Shown: positions 18,764-25,571 of the stretch, in pieces
Position numbering within the stretch: position 1 is the stretch's first letter
How the letters are laid out: each line of letters begins with the position of its first letter
Assembly: GCA_052386995.1 (NCBI GenBank)
Contig: JBQTJP010000068.1
Location: 1-25,571 of the forward strand
DNA from: Armatimonadota bacterium
GTDB taxonomy: Bacteria > Sysuimicrobiota > Sysuimicrobiia > Sysuimicrobiales > Humicultoraceae
Reading direction: 5' to 3'
Length of the DNA stretch: 25,571 nt
Program-made: the position numbers and the translations under genes
The notes under the pieces: model-generated
Databases searched by the model: none
What the model was told of the DNA's origin: nothing
The model's input: only the letters and a program-made list of their open reading frames with translations

Positions 18764-19436
18764 GCGGTCCGTTCACCCCTCCCATCTTCAGTTCGAACCG
18801 TTCACCTTCTTGCTCGAGAATGACTAGGCGCTTGGACACGTCCACGACTTCGACGCGGATCTTTCCAGCAATGACGTCACCGGGCACAACGATGAACGTG
18901 TCTTTCCCAATCTTGATGATGGCGACCGCGCCGCCATCTCCCAGAATGCCGACGAGCGCCGCGCCACTGGCTTCCTTCGGCGCGGGCACGGGCGGCCCAC
19001 CTGGCTGGCCGGGCTGCTGCCCGGGGAAGAGCGGAGGCGGCAGGGGCGCGGGCGGGAGCGGGGGAAGCCCGCCTCCACCACCCGGCTGCTGCTGGCGGAC
19101 GAGCGGTCCGAACGGATCCGTACGCCCCGCGTCGACCGGAACACCGGGTCTTGGCGATGCGACGGGTTTGGGCGATGCAGCGGGTGCCGGCGGCGCCGCG
19201 GTAGTCGGTGCCCCGGGCGAGACCGCAGCACCTGGAGCGGCCGGGCCCGCAGGTGCCGGTGCAGGCGCCGGTGCCGGAGGCGTGGCCGCGACCGGTGCCA
19301 TCGGAGCCGTCGCGCTCGTGTCGAGCGGTCTTGAGCGCTGCGGCAGAACGACGAGCACGAGGATCGCCGCGATGCCCGCGACGGCCAGTAACGCGATAAG
19401 TGGGTGTGTTCGGAGATAGGCAACGGCCTTCCGCAT
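18729..19436 (-). CDS. PilP/PilW-like membrane-anchored Pro-rich pilus alignment protein
   Basis: N-terminal TM helix, Pro/Ala linker, GRTDPFGPL (PilP-like RDPF motif), C-terminal beta domain LVGILG...AIIK...IVVPGDVI...V..V; directly upstream of pilQ. Confidence 0.7.
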   Translation of the reverse strand: MRKAVAYLRTHPLIALLAVAGIAAILVLVVLPQRSRPLDTSATAPMAPVAATPPAPAPAPAPAGPAAPGAAVSPGAPTTAAPPAPAASPKPVASPRPGVPVDAGRTDPFGPLVRQQQPGGGGGLPPLPPAPLPPPLFPGQQPGQPGGPPVPAPKEASGAALVGILGDGGAVAIIKIGKDTFIVVPGDVIAGKIRVEVVDVSKRLVILEQEGERFELKMGGVNGPHVAAAASSHFN

Positions 19437-19507
19437 CGGCCCCTCCAGTGTCTCGACGGTGCGTACTAGTGGAGCCCCCCGGCAGGCCCCGCCTAAGGGA
19501 TGCTACA

Positions 19508-19534
19508 CTTCAACAGATTGCCCTGAACTCCTCC
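19508..19534 (-). promoter_or_regulatory. Candidate sigmaH-like promoter GGAGGA-N17-GAAG upstream of pilP-pilQ
   Basis: Same architecture as the motifs upstream of pilM and of the plus-strand hypothetical. Confidence 0.35.
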
Positions 19535-19600
19535 ACAATAGACGTAGATTGAGACTCTCGATGCGCGCGGTCCACGTCTCGCGAGCGTAATGCCGGCTCG

Positions 19601-20344
19601 TCATCGCGGCCAGTACCACCGCGCGATCGCATCGCCCCAAAACAACGCGGCGACGGCGCCCGCAGCCAGCGCCGGGCCAAATGGGATCGCGTCCTTGCGT
19701 CCGCGCAGCCGCAGCGCCAGCAGCAGAAGGCCGACCACTCCGCCGGCAAGGAACGCGAGGAACAGGGCGACCGCGATCGACGGCCATCCCAGGAAGACGC
19801 CCATCAGCGCCGCAAGCTTCACGTCGCCCCCGCCCATGCCGCCGCGGCTGAGCACGACGATCGCCAGGATGAGTGCGGCCGCGCCGAGTCCCGCGAGAGC
19901 GGCGTTCAGCACATCGCCGCTTGGGACGGACATCAACAATCCGATCACGATCCCAGGGTACGTCAGGCGGTTGAGAATGAGTTGGTGATCGAGATCGATG
20001 AACGTGATCACGACGAGCAGGAACACAAGGATCAGCGCCGACAGGAACGGCACCAGCTCCCGAAAGCGCAGGCCGACGGCGAGGACGAGCGTCGCCATGA
20101 TGAACTCCACGAGGGGATATCGCCAGGCGATGGTGGCGCCGCAGCGCCGGCATCGCCCGCGGAGCAGGATGAAACTCACCAGCGGCAGGTTGTCCCAGGG
20201 TCGGATCGGGGAGCCGCAGTGCGGGCATCTGGACCCGGGGAAGACAATCGACTCTCCCCTCGGCAGCCGGTGGATCAACACGTTGGCGAAACTGCCCAGG
20301 ATGGCACCCAGGGCAGCCAGGATGATCAGATCAGGCGTCCTCAC
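19601..20344 (-). CDS. pilD: Prepilin peptidase/N-methyltransferase (A24A)
   Basis: GSFANVLIHRLP, SRCPHC...GRCRRC zinc motifs, RYPLVE, catalytic FIDLDHQ and GMGGGDVKL, IPFGPALA. Likely start GTG 20344; the listed 5' extension is spurious. Confidence 0.94.
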   Translation of the reverse strand: MRTPDLIILAALGAILGSFANVLIHRLPRGESIVFPGSRCPHCGSPIRPWDNLPLVSFILLRGRCRRCGATIAWRYPLVEFIMATLVLAVGLRFRELVPFLSALILVFLLVVITFIDLDHQLILNRLTYPGIVIGLLMSVPSGDVLNAALAGLGAAALILAIVVLSRGGMGGGDVKLAALMGVFLGWPSIAVALFLAFLAGGVVGLLLLALRLRGRKDAIPFGPALAAGAVAALFWGDAIARWYWPR

Positions 20345-20409
20345 GCGATTGCGATGCGGCGCCCAGCGCGCGGGCTGCCGCCTCTGACGCGCGCCGCGCG
20401 AACAGGTCT

Positions 20410-20437
20410 GCAGGAGAACCAGGACGGGAAGACGAAA
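20410..20437 (+). promoter_or_regulatory. Candidate sigmaH-like promoter GCAGGA-N18-GAAA upstream of the hypothetical gene
   Basis: Matches the motif found before pilM and pilP. Confidence 0.33.
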
Positions 20438-20516
20438 AGTAGGTGTTGACCTCGCATACGCACCAGCAGACGTCGCTGCGCGGCCTCCGGGTCGCCACGT
20501 CGAGGGAGGGTAACCA

Positions 20517-21215
20517 ATGACGCGAGGTACCTGGTCGTTTCTTGCCGCACTGATCCTGGGTCTTGCGCTTCCGGTCGTCGCACAGCAGGGACCGCCTCCC
20601 GTTCTGGTCGTCCCCGGGCAGAGTCTGGCAGGTGTCGTGCTCGGCCGGTCGGCCTCATCGTCACTCGGCCGGCTCGGCCCGCCGGCCGACATCCGAGAGT
20701 TGCGGGACAGCACACTGCACGCGTTCCCGCGCTACGGCTTGAACGTCTACGTGACCGATGGCATCGTCCGCGCCGTCTCGACCACCAACAGCCTGCTGCG
20801 CACGGCCGAAGGGATCGCCCTGGGCTCGACGGCCGCCGACGTGCGGCGGGTCTACGGCGGGCAGTTTGCGGATGCGGTCGTCGAGGGACTGCTCGGCATG
20901 GCCTACGATCAGCACGGGATCGCCTTTGGATTGGACGGCGTGGTCGTGTCGATCATTATCATCTACGCGCCGCGCACCCAGGCCGCACCGCCGGCGGCGG
21001 CCCCCGCGGTGACGGCGCCGACCCCGCAGTTCGAGGTGGGATTGGTGTCCCTCCCGCGCGTCGAGAACCTGAAGTCGTTCACCCCGGAGACCCAGTACAT
21101 GTCGGTCGTTGGGTTCCTGCGCTATTTGGTCTACCAGCAAACGAGCACCTGGCTGACGCACAGCGAGGCGAACCGAATGCTGCAGGATCAGCGCATGCGT
21201 GTGTCCCGGCTGTAA
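20517..21215 (+). CDS. Secreted hypothetical protein (repeated G-x-x-LG module, Pro/Ala linker, helical C-terminal domain)
   Basis: SD GAGGGAGG, SPI signal ending VVA-Q, GC3-rich codons; fills the gap between pilD and the GGDEF gene. Confidence 0.8.
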   Translation: MTRGTWSFLAALILGLALPVVAQQGPPPVLVVPGQSLAGVVLGRSASSSLGRLGPPADIRELRDSTLHAFPRYGLNVYVTDGIVRAVSTTNSLLRTAEGIALGSTAADVRRVYGGQFADAVVEGLLGMAYDQHGIAFGLDGVVVSIIIIYAPRTQAAPPAAAPAVTAPTPQFEVGLVSLPRVENLKSFTPETQYMSVVGFLRYLVYQQTSTWLTHSEANRMLQDQRMRVSRL

Positions 21216-21252
21216 CATCCGTTCGGCTCAACAATTCTCGGTGAAGTGATCG

Positions 21253-21281
21253 GCGGGGCCGCGTTTACAGCGCGGCCTCGT
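21253..21281 (+). terminator. Hairpin between convergent genes, possible terminator
   Basis: GCGGGGCCGCGT-TTACA-GCGCGGCCTCGT forms a 12-bp stem with G-U pairs on the + RNA; no good U tract. Confidence 0.3.
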
Positions 21282-22236
21282 TGACCATGTTGCCGCCCAG
21301 CAGGCGGGCCTGGTCCCGGGCCCGCCGCGCGACGCTGTGCAACTCGCGGGAAGTCGTCCCGTGCGTCGGGAAAGCAGCCACCCCGATCGACGCGGCCAGG
21401 CCCTCGCCTCCCACTCCACCGGCGGCGGGGGATGGCGACGCGTTCCCGATCTCCGTGCGGAGGCGCTCGGCCACGACCATCGCCGCGTCCAGTGGCGTCT
21501 CGGGGAGCGCCACGCCAAATTCCGATTCGTCGGTGCGGGCCTTGACGTCGAGCTCGCGCGTCATCTCGCGCAGCGCGTCCGCGGCAGTTTGCAGCGCGGC
21601 GGAGGCCGCCATGGTCCCGTACCGGCCGTGATACTCCTGAAAGTTGTCGATGTCCAGCACGATGAGCGCGAATGCCCGGTTGTAGCGAGCCGCGCGCTTG
21701 ACCTCCACGTTCAGATGCTCGTCGAAGAACTGCGCGGTGAAGAGATCGGTGACTTCGTCCTGCACCGCCTGATCGATCAACGCCCGCTGCAATTTGTCCA
21801 TCTCGTCGGCCTGCGAGGCGGAGCGCTGTTCGGAGAGGGCGTGGAATTGCGTGACGAACTCGACGATCGTGAAATCGGTCGCCTCAATGAGGCTACGCAC
21901 GAGGGCCAACCGCGTCGCCTCATCGGGCACGATCTGGCCGCAGAGATCCTGTGCCAGCTCGCGGAATGAGATGAAGCCCTGCACGACCTCGGCCGCGCCG
22001 AATCCCATGTTGAGGCGCAGCGCGGCTTCGCGACGTATGAAGTTGCATAGCTCGGTCGGATCGTCGGAGTCGAGATACGCCACCAGCTCGGTCAGATATG
22101 ACCGACCGAGCCGGCGAAGTTCTTCAAGAGGTCGATAGACGTACGCCGACGGTCGCAGCCGCGAGAGCGCGGACGCCCACGACAGTGCGATCTGGTCCTG
22201 CTCGCGGTCGAGCAGGCTGGCCAGACGGTTCGGCAA
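21265..22236 (-). CDS. N-terminal helical (RsbRD_N/globin-like) sensor + degenerate GGDEF domain protein
   Basis: GGDEF scaffold (DEVTDLF, ALIVLDIDNF, AERLR, ASIGVAAFP) with RELD I-site and DESEF at the signature; N-terminus LASLL...IALSW...R.NMGF...EVV resembles RsbRD_N. TTG start uncertain. Confidence 0.85.
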   Translation of the reverse strand: MPNRLASLLDREQDQIALSWASALSRLRPSAYVYRPLEELRRLGRSYLTELVAYLDSDDPTELCNFIRREAALRLNMGFGAAEVVQGFISFRELAQDLCGQIVPDEATRLALVRSLIEATDFTIVEFVTQFHALSEQRSASQADEMDKLQRALIDQAVQDEVTDLFTAQFFDEHLNVEVKRAARYNRAFALIVLDIDNFQEYHGRYGTMAASAALQTAADALREMTRELDVKARTDESEFGVALPETPLDAAMVVAERLRTEIGNASPSPAAGGVGGEGLAASIGVAAFPTHGTTSRELHSVARRARDQARLLGGNMVNEAAL

Positions 22237-22254
22237 TTGGAACCCTGGCCCTGA

Positions 22255-22884
22255 CTACGGCGGCGCCGGTGCCGCTCCCACTTTCGGGAGCACGAACGTG
22301 TTGGCCGCCATCGTGACCTTGAGCACCGGGAGCTCGCCGATGCTGATGGATACCTGAGTCAGCACCAGGAATCGCTGAAAGTTCTCCAGGCGCCCGAGGA
22401 ACGCGATCAAATCCCCGTATGTCCCATCGAATGCGAGATCCAACCGGAACTGGCGATACCTGGGCTCGGCCGCCGCGGGCGCAGGCGTCGGCGCGGGCTG
22501 TCCGGCAGGGCGCGGAGCCCCAGGCTGGGCTGCCTGGCCCGCCTGAAGGGCGCCGGGGCGGATCAGCGTGACTTTGGTCCCGATCTCCCGGGCCAAATCT
22601 TGAAGTTGCCGGATCAGCCGGGGGATCTCCCGCTCGGCCGGCAGCCGGACTTCGAGCAGCCGGATCCGCTCTGACAGGGTGGCGAATTCTTGCTCTTTCT
22701 GATCGCGCGTCGCGGCCAGCGCCCGGAGGCGGGTCACTTCGGCCCGCTTGTTGTTCAGCTCCTCACGGAGCTTGGCCTGGCGCGCTGTTCCTGGAGTCCA
22801 GATGAACAGCCAGAACACCGTGGCGAGCGCCGCGGAGATCACGAACGCGAACAGCAGCCGCTCGCGCGCTGTGAACCCTCTCAC
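22255..22884 (-). CDS. pilO: Type IV pilus assembly protein PilO
   Basis: TARERLL + TM helix, coiled coil, LPAEREIPRLI, GTYGDLIAFLGRLENFQRFL; follows pilN. Confidence 0.88.
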   Translation of the reverse strand: MRGFTARERLLFAFVISAALATVFWLFIWTPGTARQAKLREELNNKRAEVTRLRALAATRDQKEQEFATLSERIRLLEVRLPAEREIPRLIRQLQDLAREIGTKVTLIRPGALQAGQAAQPGAPRPAGQPAPTPAPAAAEPRYRQFRLDLAFDGTYGDLIAFLGRLENFQRFLVLTQVSISIGELPVLKVTMAANTFVLPKVGAAPAPP

Positions 22885-23441
22885 GGCCGGTCACCCCCCA
22901 TCGCCTGCGGTTTCGAGATCCGCGCGGTGATCTGATAGCGGACGACCTCGTTCACCCCGACTTTCTCGAGCTGCACGACGGTGAGGTCCACATCCCGGAA
23001 CATCTGGCCGCTGGCCAGGTTGTCCATCAGGCGGGCCACCGCATAATAGTTGAGCGCCATGCCCTCGAGGGTGAGCGACGAGGGTTCGGGCACGTTCATG
23101 GTCACCACCCAGACCTCTTTGGGGATCAGCAGCCGGATCTCGTTGAGGATCGCGGCCGCGGGGAGCTGTTGCTTGAGCAGATCGGCCACGACCCGCTCGC
23201 GCTCGCGCATCGCGGCGATCTGCCGGTCGAGCTCGATGACGCGCGCGACCGTTGGACCCAGCTCGTTAATCTCCTTGTTGGCCGCGTCGATGTCACGCTG
23301 CAGAGCGGCATTCTGCCCGGCGAGGACGGCCCACATGATGATGACGATCGCCAGCACGGCCACCGGCGATCCAATTTCGAGGACCGCGCGACCCGGGAGG
23401 ATCTTCCGCGGAACTTTGGGGAGAAGGTTGATGCGAATCAA
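22881..23441 (-). CDS. pilN: Type IV pilus assembly protein PilN
   Basis: N-terminal INLLP motif, TM helix, coiled coil, IPKEVW, LEGMA...VARLMDNL...F.DV.L. Confidence 0.92.
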   Translation of the reverse strand: MIRINLLPKVPRKILPGRAVLEIGSPVAVLAIVIIMWAVLAGQNAALQRDIDAANKEINELGPTVARVIELDRQIAAMRERERVVADLLKQQLPAAAILNEIRLLIPKEVWVVTMNVPEPSSLTLEGMALNYYAVARLMDNLASGQMFRDVDLTVVQLEKVGVNEVVRYQITARISKPQAMGGDRP

Positions 23442-24526
23442 CTGATGTCACCTCCTCGCATGGCCAGGCCCACGGCGACGGCCATCGTCGATCCCGTCGC
23501 GGCGACACGGTCCTGCGGGATCCCGGTTCCGCTCGCGCCCACGTTGATGAACGGCGACGCCACCGCCGTGTTGAGCCCGAGCTCGGCGCCGATCGCCTTG
23601 TCGAGATTCTTCAGGCGTGACAGGCCACCGGCCAGGAGGATCTGATTGACCACCGCGGCCCGGGAGCGCGTCTGGTAGTAGTCCAGCGACCGGCGGATCT
23701 CCGTCACCAGATCGCCGATGTGCGGCGCAATGATGTCGTGCAGGCGCTCGGTGGCATGGTCGGTGGAGGTACGGCCTTCTTCCAGGACCTCGCCCTTCTC
23801 TTCCAGCAGGCTTCGCGCGGTTGCCGGGTCGACTTCCATCGCCTCGCGGACGGCCGCCAGCAGGGCCGCGCCCCCGATGGGGATGTTGCGCGTGAAGCGC
23901 AGCCGCGTGCCTTCGGTGATCAGGATATCGGACGCCTCGGCGCCAAAGTCCACGATCGCCGTGGTCTGGCCGTTGGCGCTGGTCGGCACGACCGACCGGA
24001 GCAGCGCAAACGACTCGACGTCCAGAATGCGCACCTGCACCCGCGCGGCGTCGGCCACCGAAACAATCTGGTCGACCACGTCCTGCCGCGCGGCCACGAC
24101 GATGACGTCGAGCATCTTACGGCCTTCCTCGGTCGTCTCACCGAGGACCTGATAGTCCATGTAGACTTCTTTGATATTGTACGGCAGGTAGCGCTCTGCC
24201 TCGTAGCGCACCGCCGCGGTGAGCTCCTGCTTGGTCATGGGCGGCACGCGCACTTCACGCACCGTGACCGCCTGTCCGCCGACCGCCATGATGGCGCGGT
24301 CCATCTTGATCCCGCTACGATCGAGCAACGCCCGGACGTGGCTCCCCAGTTCTTCGGGTGCCACCGGCACGCCGTCCCGGAAGACCGCCGGCGGGCTTGG
24401 GGCAGTGCCCATGTGCGTCAGCCGGAAGCCGGTCCGGTACGATCCCGCGAGTTCGACGACCTTGAGTGTGTCGCTTCCGATGTCGATGCCCACGTGGGCC
24501 TGGGGGGAAGCTGAGAAGAGTCCCAT
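23438..24526 (-). CDS. pilM: Type IV pilus assembly protein PilM
   Basis: VGIDIGSDTLKVVEL, EAERYLPY, MDYQVL, DVESFALLR, VDFGA, RNIPIGG, EIRRSLDYY, LAGG, AVAVGLAMR; start ATG 24526 after AAAGGAGG. Confidence 0.95.
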   Translation of the reverse strand: MGLFSASPQAHVGIDIGSDTLKVVELAGSYRTGFRLTHMGTAPSPPAVFRDGVPVAPEELGSHVRALLDRSGIKMDRAIMAVGGQAVTVREVRVPPMTKQELTAAVRYEAERYLPYNIKEVYMDYQVLGETTEEGRKMLDVIVVAARQDVVDQIVSVADAARVQVRILDVESFALLRSVVPTSANGQTTAIVDFGAEASDILITEGTRLRFTRNIPIGGAALLAAVREAMEVDPATARSLLEEKGEVLEEGRTSTDHATERLHDIIAPHIGDLVTEIRRSLDYYQTRSRAAVVNQILLAGGLSRLKNLDKAIGAELGLNTAVASPFINVGASGTGIPQDRVAATGSTMAVAVGLAMRGGDIS

Positions 24527-24602
24527 CGTCGTCTCGCTTCTGACCTCCTTTCGTGGAATCGCGGGGCCAACCTTCGGCCCCACGTCTGGTTATTGCACAC
24601 GT

Positions 24603-24629
24603 GTTCGCATTTTTAGACGAAAAACCTGC
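24603..24629 (-). promoter_or_regulatory. Candidate sigmaH-like promoter GCAGGT-N17-GAAC upstream of pilM
   Basis: GCAGGTTTTTCGTCTAAAAATGCGAAC, an AT-rich island in the pilM upstream region. Confidence 0.4.
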
Positions 24630-24638
24630 CGCGGATCG

Positions 24639-24880
24639 CTACGGTTCGATCCGCACGCGCCCGACACTGATCACAACCACGCGCCGCTCCTGCCCCCTCG
24701 AGCTGCGCATCGTGATGGTGCCGGCGTTCGGCACACCGATGGGGCTGAATGTCACGGTGTTGAGAAACCCGAATTCAGTTCTGGCCCGCTGTTCGACCAT
24801 GCGCATGTCGGCGGCGAGCTTTCGGGCCGTGGTGACGAGCCGGCGTGATCCCTTCGCAGAGTCCCCACTGTCTGGCCCAC
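24639..24880 (-). pseudogene. Internally deleted tandem paralog of the adjacent FimT/GspH-like minor pilin
   Basis: Not in ORF track. Encodes RRLVTTARKLAADMRMVEQRARTE-FGFLN-TVTFSPIGVPNAGTITMRSSRGQERRVVVISVGRVRIEP*; 18/24 and 24/39 identities (hand count) to two blocks of 24907..25461. Its SD and GTG leader are in another frame. Confidence 0.85.
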
Positions 24881-24906
24881 TCCTCCCTCGCCCGCCTCGC
24901 TGCGCG

Positions 24907-25461
24907 CTAGGGCGCGATGCGCACCCGGCCGATCACTTCCACGATGATCTGCTTCTGCTGCCCGGTGTCGCCCCGGATCGTGATCGTCCCGGCGTTCGGG
25001 TTGCCGGTCGGGCTGAACGTCACGGTGTCGCCGGCGAAGCTCGTCGAGACAATCTCGGTGCGCGGCGGCATGCGGCGCGACACGGTGTCACCGGTATTCT
25101 CTACAAATGCCGGGGTCGTGCCCCAGGCATCGGGGCACTGGTTGCCGCCCCCCGAGGGGGCGGGGACCACATTGCCGGTGTACTGGAGGATGTTGTACGT
25201 TTCGGCGGCCGGTGCGAAGACGATACGGTAGCACGTGCGCTCGGTCCGGGCGCGCTGCTCGATCATGCGCAGGTCGGCGACGAGCTTGCGGGCCTGGTTG
25301 TTCAGGCGCCTGCTGGTCAGGACGCTCCACCCGTTGGACACGAGGGCCAGCAGGACCGCGATGATGGCGAGTGCGACCACCGCCTCGAGGAGGGTAAGCC
25401 CTTTCTCGATCCGCCCGCGTCGACCCGCAACGCGCTTGGCGGGCGCCCCGCGGACGATCAC
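24907..25461 (-). CDS. FimT/FimU/GspH-like minor pilin
   Basis: Class III signal ...IEKG|LTLLEAVVALAIIAVLL with E5; ARKLVADLR...RA; C-terminal VTFSPTGNP..GTITI...GRVRI. Confidence 0.88.
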   Translation of the reverse strand: MIVRGAPAKRVAGRRGRIEKGLTLLEAVVALAIIAVLLALVSNGWSVLTSRRLNNQARKLVADLRMIEQRARTERTCYRIVFAPAAETYNILQYTGNVVPAPSGGGNQCPDAWGTTPAFVENTGDTVSRRMPPRTEIVSTSFAGDTVTFSPTGNPNAGTITIRGDTGQQKQIIVEVIGRVRIAP

Positions 25462-25571
25462 AGCCCGACCATCTCCTCCCAGAGCGGCCGGTTGTAGAGC
25501 TCGTCGCCGAACGCGAAGACGGCGTTCGGGTTAGGGATGCGCACGGCGGTGTAGACGTCGGTCTGCGGGAA
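25458..25571 (-). CDS. 3' end of an upstream pilus-locus gene (possibly a PilX-like large minor pilin); runs off the right edge
   Basis: Open frame FPQTDVYTAVRIPNPNAVFAFGDELYNRPLWEEMVGL* with GC3-rich codons and GTGA overlap with the pilin start; the terminal W-x-E is typical of PilX-like proteins. Product call is weak. Confidence 0.55.
   Translation of the reverse strand, partial: FPQTDVYTAVRIPNPNAVFAFGDELYNRPLWEEMVGL

Noticed and set aside
18150..19380. Low-complexity GC repeats as a possible tandem repeat or CRISPR array
   Set aside because: They are codons for Pro/Ala linkers; no regularly spaced identical repeats anywhere in the window.
19437..19600. Possible c-di-GMP riboswitch upstream of pilP (CAGGGCAA resembles the class I start)
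   Set aside because: The GNRA tetraloop stem and following GCAAAG/receptor elements are absent; an Rfam scan would settle it.
20446..20475. TTGACC as a sigma70 -35 for the plus-strand hypothetical gene
   Set aside because: No credible -10 hexamer at 16-18 nt spacing.

Overview
GC-rich bacterial chromosomal window, almost entirely minus-strand genes. Read in transcription order (right to left): a type IV pilus locus (end of a probable PilX-like gene, a FimT/GspH-like minor pilin, an unlisted doubly deleted tandem paralog of that pilin, pilM-pilN-pilO, a sensor + degenerate-GGDEF gene, a plus-strand secreted hypothetical, pilD, a PilP/PilW-like Pro-rich protein, pilQ secretin, a TPR-like protein). 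Next comes a Bacillota-like housekeeping run (Xaa-Pro peptidase, efp, nusB, acyP, ispA, tlyA, nadK, recN-like, pyrG, ilvE, nudF, xerD, deoB, punA, pdp, hbd). The run ends with a truncated Uma2 nuclease gene joined directly to the 3' fragment of an ABC substrate-binding gene, then the 5' end of another substrate-binding gene. Secretin plus this gene order suggests a diderm Terrabacteria lineage such as Armatimonadota or relatives (inference). Most notable: (1) a full-length RecN homolog with every ATPase motif degenerate; (2) a catalytically dead GGDEF protein with an intact RxxD I-site directly behind pilO, a candidate c-di-GMP receptor for the pilus; (3) a shared sigmaH-like promoter motif before three pilus-locus genes; (4) a microhomology-deleted minor pilin remnant; (5) a PNP with the Asn-to-Asp specificity switch; (6) an EF-P with a KRGRG tip loop. 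All family calls come from reading motifs by eye; no searches were run.
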